Below the pieces are notes generated by a model. The model did not search any database. It worked only from the letters and a program-made list of their open reading frames with translations, and had not been told where the DNA came from. 64,000 nt of DNA from an uncultured Pseudomonadota bacterium (GTDB lineage Bacteria > Myxococcota_A > Polyangia > Fen-1088): the NCBI GenBank assembly GCA_963819375.1, contig CAWFVU010000010.1, positions 69,652 to 133,651 of the forward strand. The letters are read 5' to 3'. A program made the position numbers and the translations under genes. Numbering within the stretch: the first letter of the stretch is position 1; every line of letters starts with the position of its first letter. Positions 1-9,757 of this stretch are shown one piece after another.

Positions 1-148
1 CGTCGCGCCCAGATCCCCGCCGGGAAGGCTGGTCGGGTGCAGGAGCACGCCGCTGGTCCGATCGGTGAGCTTTGGCAGGCGCAACGACGAGTTAAGCTTA
101 ACGTCGCGGACGGGGCTCGGCGCGGTTTTCGCCTGCTATAGTTGTTCC

Positions 149-592
149 ATGGGGCGCGTTCTTCTCGGCCTTCTCAAGGGCGGCGTCGTCGGTGCGCTGA
201 TTGGCGCAGGCGCCTTCAAGATCGGAATCGGCGGCGGGGTCCTGGGAACCGTCACCTACGCCGTCGTCGGTGGGCTGGCCGGCATCCTCTGCGGCCGCCC
301 CCCCTGGCGCCAGGACACGGTCTGGACGACCGCGCTCAAGGGGATCTTCGGCGCCGTCGTCGGCGGCGCGCTCTACTGGGGTGCCGGCAAGCTCTTCGGC
401 GGCGCGCACGTCGCCTTCGCCGCCAAGCTGGGTGTCCCGGATCGCCCGTTGGTCGAGCTTCCGGTCCTGATGGGACCGCTCATCGGTGGGCTCTGGGGCG
501 CGTTCGTCGAGCTCGACGACGGCGGTTCATCCGCGACGGCCGGTAAGGCGAAGCCCGGCAGCGCCAAGTCGACCAAGACCCCCTCCAAGTAG
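149..592 (+). CDS. glycine-zipper-rich small membrane protein (hypothetical)
   Basis: Part of ORF 65..592. The ATG at 149 precedes G/A/V-rich hydrophobic segments (GGVVGALIGAGAFKIGIGGGVLG...) and a Lys/Ser/Thr-rich tail. No family recognised. GTG at 65 is an alternative start. Confidence 0.5.
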   Translation: MGRVLLGLLKGGVVGALIGAGAFKIGIGGGVLGTVTYAVVGGLAGILCGRPPWRQDTVWTTALKGIFGAVVGGALYWGAGKLFGGAHVAFAAKLGVPDRPLVELPVLMGPLIGGLWGAFVELDDGGSSATAGKAKPGSAKSTKTPSK

Positions 593-602
593 CGCAGATT
601 CG

Positions 603-620
603 GGACCCTTTGAGGGGTCC
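603..620. terminator. short GC hairpin between convergent genes (candidate bidirectional terminator)
   Basis: ggaccc-tttgag-gggtcc lies between the stop at 592 (+) and the stop at 626 (-). No clear U-tract. Confidence 0.3.
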
Positions 621-625
621 GATTG

Positions 626-1489
626 CTAAGTCGTTTCGTCGAAGGCGCCGAGCTCGCGCAGGACTTCTTCGTCGCCGGGCGCGTCGTCGTCGGCTGCTGC
701 CGCGGCGTCGGCGGCCGCGGCCTTCTCGCGGCGCTGCTCGATGAACGAGCGCCGCATGAGCAGCACCGTCTCGGCCAGCCCGAGCGCGATGTAGGCCATG
801 ATCAGCACCAGGAAGATGAGGGCCTTGTCGACGCCGTTCATCGCCACCAGGATCCAGCAAGCGGCGATCAAGACGGCCAGCTCGATCGTCCGACGGGTCA
901 GCCGCAGATCCTTGAACGACCGGAACTTCACCCGCGAGACCATCAGGTAGGACAGCACGAGCACGACGGCCGCGACGACGCCGTCGCTGGCGATCCGGTA
1001 AGGGTGGACGTTGTGGGCCACCACCACCATCAGCACGAGGACGCTGGCCGCCGCCGGGATGGTCAGGCCCAGGGTGTACTTGCCGGGGGCGTGGTGCCCG
1101 GCGGCCGCCTCGCGCCGCGACAGGACGTTGAAGCGCGCGAGGCGCATCACCCCGGCGCAGACGAACAGCCCGGCGAAGAAGATCCCCAGCCGGCCGAAGC
1201 TGGTCAGCCCGAACTTGTAGACCATCATGGCGGGCGCCACGCCGAAGGTGATGGCGTCGGCCAGCGAGTCGAGGTCGCGGCCGAGGTCGGTCTGCGTCTT
1301 GGTCAGCCGGGCCACACGGCCGTCGGCCGTGTCGAAGAAGAACCCGAAGCAGATGGCCAGGGCGGCCTGGTAGAGATCACTCCCGGTCGTTCCCGAGGAG
1401 GCCGACAGCGAGATCGAGATGAACCCGCAGAAGACGCTCGAGAGGGTGAACAGGTTCGGAAGAATGTAGTAGGTCTTCCGGAAGTCCAC
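626..1489 (-). CDS. pssA: CDP-diacylglycerol--serine O-phosphatidyltransferase
   Basis: CDP-alcohol phosphatidyltransferase motif DGRVARLTKTQTDLGRDLDSLAD (D-G-x2-A-R...G-x3-D-x3-D). Multi-TM protein of 287 aa. Confidence 0.9.
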   Translation of the reverse strand: MDFRKTYYILPNLFTLSSVFCGFISISLSASSGTTGSDLYQAALAICFGFFFDTADGRVARLTKTQTDLGRDLDSLADAITFGVAPAMMVYKFGLTSFGRLGIFFAGLFVCAGVMRLARFNVLSRREAAAGHHAPGKYTLGLTIPAAASVLVLMVVVAHNVHPYRIASDGVVAAVVLVLSYLMVSRVKFRSFKDLRLTRRTIELAVLIAACWILVAMNGVDKALIFLVLIMAYIALGLAETVLLMRRSFIEQRREKAAAADAAAAADDDAPGDEEVLRELGAFDETT

Positions 1490-1564
1490 GGTGAGTGAAA
1501 AGATAGCACGCCTGGGGGTTCCCCATTAGCCCCCTGACCTCCAGATGACCCTCCCAAGCCGCTC

Positions 1565-2308
1565 ATGATCCGCCCGGTCCTCTCGCTCATCTCTTTCGTG
1601 GTGGCCACCCTGGTCGGGTCGGTGATCGCGGTGCTGACGCCGATCTTCGACCGGACCGGCGAGGCGGTGATGGCCGTGGCCCGCGTCTGGTCGCGCATCG
1701 TCCTCGGCGCGCCGGGGGTGAAGCTGAACGTCGAGCTCGCCGGGAAGCTCGACCCCAAGCGCCCCTACGTCTTCATGGCCAACCACGCCTCGATGATCGA
1801 CATCTGGGCCGTCTTCATCGGCGTGCCGCTGTCGTTCCGGTTCATCGCCAAAAAGCAGCTCTCCTTCATCCCGCTGTTCGGCTGGGCCATGGGCGCCGGC
1901 CGCTTCATCTTCATCGATCGCCAGAACGCGGTGGCGGCGCGGCGGAGCATCGAGGAGGCCGCGCGGCGGATCAAGGCGGGGCAATCGGTGGTGATCTTCC
2001 CCGAAGGGACGCGCACCCGCGATGGGCGGCTGGGGTCGTTCAAGAAGGGGGGCTTCCACCTGGCGATCGATTCGGGCGCCGCCATTGTCCCGATGGCGAT
2101 CCAGGGGAGCCGGGCGCTGATGCCGGCCGGCTCGCCGTTGATCCGCGCCGGTGAGGTCCGGCTGAAGATCGGCGAGCCGATCCCGACCGAGGGTCTCGGC
2201 TCGGCCGACCGCGATCGAATGCTCAAGCTGGTCCACGGCCGCATCGCCGAGATGCTCGGCGAGCCGCCGTCCCCGGCCGAGCAGACGTCAGTAAATCACG
2301 CGCAGTAA
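1565..2308 (+). CDS. plsC: 1-acyl-sn-glycerol-3-phosphate acyltransferase
   Basis: NHxxxxD motif (ANHASMIDIW) and FPEGTRT motif, with an N-terminal TM segment. Confidence 0.9.
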   Translation: MIRPVLSLISFVVATLVGSVIAVLTPIFDRTGEAVMAVARVWSRIVLGAPGVKLNVELAGKLDPKRPYVFMANHASMIDIWAVFIGVPLSFRFIAKKQLSFIPLFGWAMGAGRFIFIDRQNAVAARRSIEEAARRIKAGQSVVIFPEGTRTRDGRLGSFKKGGFHLAIDSGAAIVPMAIQGSRALMPAGSPLIRAGEVRLKIGEPIPTEGLGSADRDRMLKLVHGRIAEMLGEPPSPAEQTSVNHAQ

Positions 2309-3025
2309 GGTGAGACCCTGAGGGGGGGCCGTCATGCCGCCGATGGTGCGGTCCCCGGTGGCGAGCATGCGCGCGACGGCGTCGGGGGGGACGCGGCCAC
2401 GGCCGATGTCGATCAGCGTCCCCACCAGGATGCGGACCATGTTCTTGAGGAAGGCCGTCGCCTCCACATCGATGATGACGACGGCGCCCTGGCGATCGAC
2501 GTCGATGGCGCGCACGATCCGGCGGGTGGTGCGGCGGTCGCAGTCGGAGGCGCGGAAGGCACGGAAGTCGTGGTCGCCGACCAGCGCCGCGGCCGCCGTG
2601 CGGATCGCTTCGACGTCCAGCGGCTCACGCACGTGCCAGGCGCGGCGCGCCCGCAGCGGCGAGCGGACGAAGTGGCTCCAGACCGTGTACCGATAGACCT
2701 TTCCGCGCGCCGAGAAGCGGGCGTCGAAGTCGGAGGGCGCCTCGGCGACGTCGACCAGCGCCACGTCGGGGGGCAACGCCGAGTTGAGCCCGCGCAGAAG
2801 GCCGTGGGGAGGGATGTTGACCCCGATCTCGAAGGTCGCCACCTGGCCGTCGGCGTGAACGCCGGCGTCGGTGCGGCCGGCGCCGCGCACGAACACGCTC
2901 TCGCCGGTCATCGCCTTGAGGGCGTCCTCCAGCGTCCCCTGGACGGTCCGCTCGTCGACCTGCCGCTGCCAACCGGAAAAGTCGGTGCCGTCGTACTCGA
3001 CGACGACCCGGAAGCGCTTAGCCAC
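2288..3025 (-). CDS. truA: tRNA pseudouridine(38-40) synthase
   Basis: N-terminus RFRVVVEYDGTDFSGWQRQ and GAGRTDAGVHA catalytic Asp motif. Its 3' end overlaps plsC convergently by 21 nt. Confidence 0.95.
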   Translation of the reverse strand: MAKRFRVVVEYDGTDFSGWQRQVDERTVQGTLEDALKAMTGESVFVRGAGRTDAGVHADGQVATFEIGVNIPPHGLLRGLNSALPPDVALVDVAEAPSDFDARFSARGKVYRYTVWSHFVRSPLRARRAWHVREPLDVEAIRTAAAALVGDHDFRAFRASDCDRRTTRRIVRAIDVDRQGAVVIIDVEATAFLKNMVRILVGTLIDIGRGRVPPDAVARMLATGDRTIGGMTAPPQGLTLLRVIY

Positions 3026-3037
3026 GCCGAGCCTGGC

Positions 3038-3823
3038 TCAAAATTCGAGCAGCAGCCCGAGCGTCCAGTTGGTGTCGCCGACGTGGAGCCGGTTCGCCTC
3101 GCCGAGGCCGGAGATGTCGGCGTAATAGACCTCGAAGGTCAGCGCGGTGTGGTTCACGCCGAGGTCCTGATCGAAGTCGTGCGAGGCGTCCGGGTCGAGG
3201 AAGTCGAGCACCAGCGCGATGCCCCCGGCCACGTGCCACCCCAGCGTCCCGCCGCGCCCGCGTCCGCCGCCGCCGGCGTCGGAGATGTTGCCGTTGCCGT
3301 CGGTGTTCTGCCAGTACGCCCAGTCGAGCCCGAGCTTGCCGAAGGGGACCAGGGGGAAGCCGCGCTCCTGCAGGAAGTAGTCGAAGCGGTAGACCGCGGA
3401 GAGACTGACCGGGATCACCTTGAGCTGGGACTGATCGCCGCTGGCCGTGCCAGGCATCTTGGCGATCGGCGCCGTGCCGGTGACCGAGAAGTAGCCAGCC
3501 CCGAGGCCCGCCGCGAGCGAGCCGTAGCGGTGCCAAAATTGATAGTCGAACTCGATACGCGTCAGCAGGTTCTGTCCGGAGCCGAAGTAGTCCTTGTACG
3601 GCGTCCGCGCTCCGTTGAACTCGCTGTCGATGTCCGGACGATACGGGCCGAACGTCAGCTCGAAGGCGAACCGCTGCGGCGACTTGTAGCGGTTGTAGGT
3701 CTCTCCCTCGACGATCGACGCTTCCTGCGCGAACTCCTGTGCGCGCGCGGAGCGTGGCGCCGCGACGAGCGTGGTCAGAAGGGTGGCGGCCGCAAATCCG
3801 CTGCGCGCGAGCAGCTGTTTCAC
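3038..3823 (-). CDS. outer membrane beta-barrel protein (myxobacterial type)
   Basis: Signal peptide ending ARA-QE, alternating beta-strand pattern rich in aromatic and Gly residues, and a C-terminal ...LLLEF (terminal Phe). The start overlaps the stop of the upstream gene by 4 nt. Confidence 0.7.
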   Translation of the reverse strand: MKQLLARSGFAAATLLTTLVAAPRSARAQEFAQEASIVEGETYNRYKSPQRFAFELTFGPYRPDIDSEFNGARTPYKDYFGSGQNLLTRIEFDYQFWHRYGSLAAGLGAGYFSVTGTAPIAKMPGTASGDQSQLKVIPVSLSAVYRFDYFLQERGFPLVPFGKLGLDWAYWQNTDGNGNISDAGGGGRGRGGTLGWHVAGGIALVLDFLDPDASHDFDQDLGVNHTALTFEVYYADISGLGEANRLHVGDTNWTLGLLLEF

Positions 3824-5085
3824 CGGCGTCTCCTCCGGCGTCGCGTGAGCACGACGCCGAAGGCGGCCACCGCCAGCAGCGAGAAAACGGCGGCGGTCGT
3901 CTTCGCGCCCGGGCGGACCGTCGAGATGGCGCAGAACCCCCCGGTGGCCTGCCCTTGGGGCGTCTGATCACGGTAGACGTCGTAGAAGCTCAGCGTCTTG
4001 ACCGGCGTGCCAAATCCGATCACCGGCTCGCTGGGATTGCCGCTGGCGTCGATGGCCACCACCGCGGCGGCGTAGGTGATCTCGTTCTGCAGGATCTCCA
4101 CCCGATCGGACGTTGACTGTGCCGACAGCTGAGGTGAGCAGACAAAGAGGGGACTGGTGTTTTCGATTCCCGCATCAATCCCTCCCATCCATGGTGTGGT
4201 CTTCGGGCAGATCTGGAACGCCGAGCCGAACGCACCGACGCTGGTCCCGCCGTCGTTGGTGGGCGACTCGTTGAACACCTGGTACTTGTCGGCGCGGCTG
4301 CAGAGGATCTGGTAGCCGAGCAGATCGGGGACCAGGGCCTGGTCGACAGACGTCCAGTTGAGCACCAGCGCCTCGTCCCCACCCTGGATCTTGACTGTGG
4401 CTGGCGGCGGGGGCGGGACGAGATCGATGACCACCATCAAGGGGACGCTCAGGTCGATCTGGCCGCTGCCGAAGTCGAAGTTGAAGTTGATCGTCTGGGT
4501 GAACGACTGGCCGATGGGCGAGGTGCAGGTCGCGGCGGTCCCGGTTGTCCCGGTGCCGCCGTCGGTGACCACGCCCGTCGCGTTGAAATAGGTGCTGAGC
4601 ACCTGCGCGTTCGTGGCGACCGTATAGGAAGCCTGGTTCAAGAAGGTGAGCACCGGTTCGGTGGCGATCTGGAGACAGGAGCCGGAGGCCTGTCCGTTCG
4701 TCAGCCCAAAGACCGAGCTGCACCCCGTGCCCAGCACGATTGACACGGTGCCGGTCGTGATGCCGGCGGTGGCCCGCTTGGCGATGCCGCTGCTGAGCAG
4801 CGCCAGGAATACGTTGACCGGCGTCGAGCAGTCGCAGTTCGCCTTGTTGAAAAAGCGCGAGAGCTGGAAGGTGGTCAGGCTGACCGGAGGGTCGCTCTGC
4901 TGCTGAATCGACGTGAAGAAGTCGCCGGCCGCGAAGGCCGTGCCGCCACTGCCTCCAGTCCCAATGATGCCCACCGTGCCGCCGGTGCCGACTTGTGCCT
5001 CCGCGCGCCCTGCGGTGGCGACCATGACGAGGCCCGCCACGGCGGCGGCGACGGTCAGTGATTTAAGCGACTTGCGGTTAGACAT
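3820..5085 (-). CDS. secreted protein with MYXO-CTERM-like C-terminal sorting tail
   Basis: Signal peptide (AGRAEA-QV) and an FN3-like segment after a PPPPP linker. The C-terminus GGFCAIS...AAVFSLLAVAAFGVVLTRRRRRRR shows Cys motif, TM helix and Arg cluster. Confidence 0.65.
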   Translation of the reverse strand: MSNRKSLKSLTVAAAVAGLVMVATAGRAEAQVGTGGTVGIIGTGGSGGTAFAAGDFFTSIQQQSDPPVSLTTFQLSRFFNKANCDCSTPVNVFLALLSSGIAKRATAGITTGTVSIVLGTGCSSVFGLTNGQASGSCLQIATEPVLTFLNQASYTVATNAQVLSTYFNATGVVTDGGTGTTGTAATCTSPIGQSFTQTINFNFDFGSGQIDLSVPLMVVIDLVPPPPPATVKIQGGDEALVLNWTSVDQALVPDLLGYQILCSRADKYQVFNESPTNDGGTSVGAFGSAFQICPKTTPWMGGIDAGIENTSPLFVCSPQLSAQSTSDRVEILQNEITYAAAVVAIDASGNPSEPVIGFGTPVKTLSFYDVYRDQTPQGQATGGFCAISTVRPGAKTTAAVFSLLAVAAFGVVLTRRRRRRR

Positions 5086-5226
5086 GACAGCTCCCTTTCC
5101 AGGCCCAGCAGGCGCAGTGCAAGGAAGATGCCCTGCGAAGGTCGCTGGTTAGGTGGGCTGAGGCGGGCATCGGTGCCGGTCTGGCGGGGGTTCGCCAGGG
5201 ACTCTGCCATTTTGTCAGGGGGACCG

Positions 5227-7479
5227 TTAGTTTTGCTGCGATCCGGAGAGAACGTCCCCGATCGTCCGCCCGAGCGCCGCGACCGTCTCATCGGCGGGCT
5301 GCTGGCCGCCGAAGCGGGCGGCCGCGTAGCGGGCGGTGAGGCCGTCGAAGGCGTCGTCCCCCGCGAACGGGCCGGCGGCTCGGAGGCGCGCCGCGTATTC
5401 ATGCGGCGTCTCGTTCGGGCGTCGCGGCCACCCGAGGCGGGACAGCCGTCCCAGCGTCCGGCGGTACAGGCGATCCACAGCGCCCTCCGTGCGGGGCGCT
5501 CTGACGCCCGTTCCACCGGCGCCCGCGCCGGGGCGGGGCCCGTGGGCGTGGCGGCGGCGCCTGCGCCGGACGGCGAACCCCAGCGCGGTGAGCGCTGCCC
5601 CGAGGACGAGCCCCATCAGAATCCGCCCCAACAGCGCGCCCGGACCGAAGTGCCCGAGCCCGTGCCAGGCCTGATGGGCGAGATCGCGCTGGCGGCCGAG
5701 GTCGTAGCCGACGACCCAACGGCTCCAGAAGAAGTCGAGCGCGTCGCTGGTCGCGTCCAGCCGACCGGCCGGCGCCAGCGCCTCGGCGGGCGGTGTGGCG
5801 TCGACGCGCGTCCAGCCGACCCCGGCGACGAAGGCCTCTGCCCAGGCATGCGCGCGCTCGCCCCGCACGGCGACGTAGTTGCCGATCGGGTTCCACTCGC
5901 CACCGCGGAACCCGGTGACGTAGCGCGCGGGGACGCCGGCGGCGCGCAGGAGCAGCACCGCCGCCGAGGCGAAGAACTCGCAGTGGCCGGCCGGTTGGCT
6001 GAAAAGGAAATCGACGACCGGGTCGACGCCGGCCGGACGCTCCGGCGGCCGCGTGGTGTACGCGTGCCCGGACCGGAGCCAGGCGATCACCGCCGCGATC
6101 TTTTCGCTGTCTCTCTTGCCACCTTCGCCGCCATCGCTCCGTCCGGCGCCGAGCCGGGCCCCGAGCTCCTTGAGCCCTGGCAGCCCTTCGGGCAGCGCGA
6201 GGTCGTCGAGCCGGGCGCGCGCGTCCAGGGCCGGCGCCGGCAGCAGCGCGCGCGGCCGCGAGTAGGCGACGTAGTGCGCGTGGGCCAGCGTGACGAAGCC
6301 GTCCCCGAAGCCGTTCTGGGCGTCGCCGCCGACGCGCAGCGCAGCCTCGCCCGACCAGCGCGGCACCACGCCGACGGTTCCGCCGGCGCCGAGCCGCGTC
6401 GACGGCAGCTCGATCGCCACCGGGCGATCGACGGCGAACAGGACCGCCGCCGGGATGCCGACCGCTTCGATCTCCTGTCGCTCCGCGCCGGCCAGCGTGT
6501 CGGGCGTGGCTGCAGTGGCTTCTTCGCCGAGCTCGTGCAGGAAGGCGCGTCCGCCCGCCTCGTCGATCACCGTGCGCAGCTCGGGGCGCCGGCTGCGGAG
6601 CCAGCGGCCGCGATCGTACGCGTCGTAGACCGCGCCGCGGAAATAGAGCCGCTCGGCGGCGTCCTGCCGGGCCGCCTCGCCGCCGAGGGCCCGCAGGCGC
6701 GGCAGCGTCGCCCGCAACACGACGGCGTGGCGCGCCCCGGCCGCCGTCCCGTAGCGCCCGAGCGTCACCTCGTCGGAGAGCCCGATGAGGTTCGGCTGCG
6801 CGCGCGCCCCCAGCACGAATCCGGCGCCGAGGCGGGGGACGAAGGCGAACACGCCGAGCGCGCCGACGAACACCGCCGCCGCGACCACGAACGTGGCGGC
6901 GAAGAACGCCCGCCCGACCACCCGGCGCGACCCCAGGATCCGCCCGATGCCGACCTTCTGGCTGGGGGCCTGCGCCGAGTGGCGGACCAGGTAGTTCTCC
7001 TCCATCTCCCGGCGCAGGTGAAACAGGATGAGCGCCCAGGTCGCGAGCACGACATAGACGGCGAACGCCGCCACGAAGAGAAACGTCGCCGTGATCGTCG
7101 AGGCGACCAGCACCAGGATGAACGACAGCGCGTAGATGTGGACGTAGTCGCGGTGGTTGCGGCGGTAGAGCAGCTTGTAGCCGAGCAGCACCAGCACCAG
7201 ATCGAACGCCGGCGCGAGATCCGCGTCCGGCATGCGCCGCCAGATCCGCCAGACGATCGCCACCAGGAGGAGGCCCGTCACCGCGCGCACGCCGCCGGCC
7301 GCGCGATCGAGCGCGGCGGTCAGTCGAGGGGCTCCGGCGTCGACGCCGAACGAACAGGCGCAGACGATCAGGAAGGCGAGCGCGCTCGTCGGGGCCAGCA
7401 CGCGCGTGGTGGCGAGCGCGGCCAGCGCCGACAGCACCAGCAGGTAGGTCACCAGCTTGTGAGCCGCCTGGAACCTCAT
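5227..7479 (-). CDS. transglutaminase-like domain membrane protein (TgpA/DUF3488-type)
   Basis: N-terminal multi-TM region. Transglutaminase core GHCEFFASAAVLLLRAAGVPARYVTGF ... HAWAEAF ... VDATP (Cys-His-Asp). Overlaps the DUF58 gene stop by 4 nt. Confidence 0.85.
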   Translation of the reverse strand: MRFQAAHKLVTYLLVLSALAALATTRVLAPTSALAFLIVCACSFGVDAGAPRLTAALDRAAGGVRAVTGLLLVAIVWRIWRRMPDADLAPAFDLVLVLLGYKLLYRRNHRDYVHIYALSFILVLVASTITATFLFVAAFAVYVVLATWALILFHLRREMEENYLVRHSAQAPSQKVGIGRILGSRRVVGRAFFAATFVVAAAVFVGALGVFAFVPRLGAGFVLGARAQPNLIGLSDEVTLGRYGTAAGARHAVVLRATLPRLRALGGEAARQDAAERLYFRGAVYDAYDRGRWLRSRRPELRTVIDEAGGRAFLHELGEEATAATPDTLAGAERQEIEAVGIPAAVLFAVDRPVAIELPSTRLGAGGTVGVVPRWSGEAALRVGGDAQNGFGDGFVTLAHAHYVAYSRPRALLPAPALDARARLDDLALPEGLPGLKELGARLGAGRSDGGEGGKRDSEKIAAVIAWLRSGHAYTTRPPERPAGVDPVVDFLFSQPAGHCEFFASAAVLLLRAAGVPARYVTGFRGGEWNPIGNYVAVRGERAHAWAEAFVAGVGWTRVDATPPAEALAPAGRLDATSDALDFFWSRWVVGYDLGRQRDLAHQAWHGLGHFGPGALLGRILMGLVLGAALTALGFAVRRRRRRHAHGPRPGAGAGGTGVRAPRTEGAVDRLYRRTLGRLSRLGWPRRPNETPHEYAARLRAAGPFAGDDAFDGLTARYAAARFGGQQPADETVAALGRTIGDVLSGSQQN

Positions 7480-8540
7480 GCGGTGGTCTTCGTCGTATCG
7501 GGGCGAAGCCCGGCTGCGCCCACGCGCTCATCGGTGCCTGCGTTCACGTTGCCTGCGTTGCCCAGGTGAAGCTCACCCTCGGGGGAGACGCGGGCGACCG
7601 CGCGGCGGCGAAGGCGGGGCAGTGGTCCCGCCTCGGGTGCGATGAAGGCGAGCCGCCGCAGGAGGCACGCGAGATGTCCCGGACCGGCGGAGGGGGCGAC
7701 CTCGCTCCCGCGGGTGACGAGGCCGACCGCCAGCCCACGCCGCGTCAGCTCCACGCAGAGCGCCGCCGTTCGCGAGACCGCCAGCTCGAAGGCCTCGGCG
7801 CCGGACCGCGCGTCGTTGTCGAAGACGATCGTCGCCTCGCGCCCCTCGTCGTCCTCGTGCTCGCGCACCAGCAGCATTCCGCGCCGCGCGCTGGTCCGCC
7901 AGTGGATGCCGCGCGGATCGTCCCCCGGGCGAAATGCGCGCAGCCCCGCCAGCTCGCCGTGCCGGCTCGGCCCCAGCTGACGCGCGGGCGTCGGCGGTGA
8001 CGGCAGCCCCCGCAAGAGGGCCGGCGGAAGCACCGCCAGCGCCGGGTAGACCACCATCTCCGTCGCGTCCTTCACCTCGCGCGCCCGGGCCATGAGCCCG
8101 AACGGAAACTTGGTCGCCAGCCGGAACCCCGACAGCTTGTGGCGTCCGCGTCGGCTGATCGTATGCCGGTAAGACGTCTCCTGCGAGCGCCCGGCGGGCA
8201 GCTTCAAGAAGTAACAGCGCTTGTCGATCGGGCGCCCCTCGACGAGATCCTCCACCTCGATCGAGAACGACGGCAACCGGCCCTTCCGGTTCTCGAGCGC
8301 GATCCCCATCAGGTAAGGGGTGCCGGCATGGATCACCGGCGGCAAGATCCTGCGCACGCGCAACCCGCCGAGCCCCAGCGTCGACATCAGCCAGTTCGCC
8401 GCCAGCAGGCAGGCCATCATTCCGAACGTCAGGAAGAAGAGATTGATCCCGGCGTCGATCGCCACCGCGCCGACGAACAGCGTCGCCAGCAGGAACCACC
8501 ACCCCTCGCGGGTCGGGGGGAATCGACGTTTCATTCGCAT
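7476..8540 (-). CDS. DUF58 domain-containing protein
   Basis: DDPRGIHWRTSARRGMLLVREHE signature and two N-terminal TM helices. ATG at 8540 or 8534 is preferred over the ORF start at 8594. Confidence 0.85.
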   Translation of the reverse strand: MRMKRRFPPTREGWWFLLATLFVGAVAIDAGINLFFLTFGMMACLLAANWLMSTLGLGGLRVRRILPPVIHAGTPYLMGIALENRKGRLPSFSIEVEDLVEGRPIDKRCYFLKLPAGRSQETSYRHTISRRGRHKLSGFRLATKFPFGLMARAREVKDATEMVVYPALAVLPPALLRGLPSPPTPARQLGPSRHGELAGLRAFRPGDDPRGIHWRTSARRGMLLVREHEDDEGREATIVFDNDARSGAEAFELAVSRTAALCVELTRRGLAVGLVTRGSEVAPSAGPGHLACLLRRLAFIAPEAGPLPRLRRRAVARVSPEGELHLGNAGNVNAGTDERVGAAGLRPDTTKTTA

Positions 8541-8628
8541 GCGGGAACCCTGGGAGGGTTTCCACCCCCTCCCGCGGCGAGCTCCGCCGAGCAAAGCTCA
8601 GCTCCGCTCAGGCGATCACGCGACTGTT

Positions 8629-9624
8629 TCACCCCGGGGCCGGGAGGCGATCGAGGATTTCGGCGAGCACCCGCTCGACGTCCTGCCGCGACCGCGCCAC
8701 CGCCTCCACGGGCGACGCCGGGATCACGCGGTGCGCCAGCACCGGCGCCGCCAGCGACTTGAGATCATCGGGCAGAACGTAGTCGCGCCCCTCGCAGAGC
8801 GCCGCCGCCCGCCCGGCGTTCCGCCAGGCGAGCGCGCCGCGCGGCGAGACGCCGACCGCGAGGTGCGGCGAGCGCCGCGTCTCCCGCGCCACCGCCACGA
8901 CATAGTCGGCGAGCTCCGGCGAGAAGTGGACCCGTTCGGCGGCATCCTGCAGCCGCCGAACCTCGGCGACGGTCAGCACCGCCTGGAGCCGTGCCAGATC
9001 CTCGTCGGGGCGCCCGGGCGACTCGAGCAGGATCCGCCGCTCGTCTTCAGGGGCTGGGTAGTCGATCCGCAACCTCAGGAGGAAGCGATCCATCTGCGAC
9101 TCGGGGAGGGGATAGGTCCCGTAGTGCTCCTCGGAGTTCTGCGTCGCCATCACCAGGAACGGCGCCTCCAGCGGGAACGATCGTCCGTCGACCGACACCT
9201 GACCGTCGTTCATCGCCTCGAGGAGCGCGCTCTGCGTGCGGGGCGGCGTTCGGTTGATCTCGTCCGCCAGGACGAGGTTCGCGAACACCGGGCCCGGCTT
9301 GAACTCGAACTCGCTCGTCTTGGGATCGAGAACCGAAACCCCGAGCACATCCGACGGCAGGAGATCGCTCGTGAACTGAATTCGGTGGAAGGTCCCGCCG
9401 ATCGATCGCGCCAGCGCCCGCGCCAGCGTCGTCTTCCCGACGCCCGGCACGTCCTCGATCAGCAGGTGGCCGCGCGCGCAAAGCGCGATCACCGCGTGGC
9501 GAATCACGCCCGGCTTGCCGCGCAGCACCCGGGCGATGTTCGATTCCAGCGCCGTCAAAAGCTCTGCCGGCGCCCGCGACCCGCCGAGGTTCCCGTCGAG
9601 CCGAGGCAGAGCTGTTGTGGTCAT
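8629..9624 (-). CDS. MoxR-family AAA+ ATPase
   Basis: Walker A GVGKTTLA, Walker [21 protein letters not shown]. First gene of the MoxR-DUF58-transglutaminase operon. Confidence 0.9.
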   Translation of the reverse strand: MTTTALPRLDGNLGGSRAPAELLTALESNIARVLRGKPGVIRHAVIALCARGHLLIEDVPGVGKTTLARALARSIGGTFHRIQFTSDLLPSDVLGVSVLDPKTSEFEFKPGPVFANLVLADEINRTPPRTQSALLEAMNDGQVSVDGRSFPLEAPFLVMATQNSEEHYGTYPLPESQMDRFLLRLRIDYPAPEDERRILLESPGRPDEDLARLQAVLTVAEVRRLQDAAERVHFSPELADYVVAVARETRRSPHLAVGVSPRGALAWRNAGRAAALCEGRDYVLPDDLKSLAAPVLAHRVIPASPVEAVARSRQDVERVLAEILDRLPAPG

Positions 9625-9757
9625 GACAGAACCCGAATTATATCACCCCAGCCGCCACTTACCGGCTAGCGCGGCCTTCAAAAACACATAGAATCGGGCC
9701 TCTGATTTCTTTCCAATTTCTTTACTTCCCGCGCAAAAACACCGATTCGGAGAGTTC

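Noticed and set aside
5128-7569. Very long ORFs antisense to or overlapping real genes. Examples: 5128..7569 +, 5399..7531 -, 2570..3967 +, 28879..30822 -, 48096..51299 +, 59789..61693 +, 56311..58344 +, and the upstream two thirds of 31530..33500 -.
   Set aside because: They have Arg/Gly/Pro/Ala-dominated low-complexity translations and no recognisable motifs, and each overlaps a gene with clear family signatures on the other strand or frame. This is the typical open-frame artefact of very GC-rich DNA.
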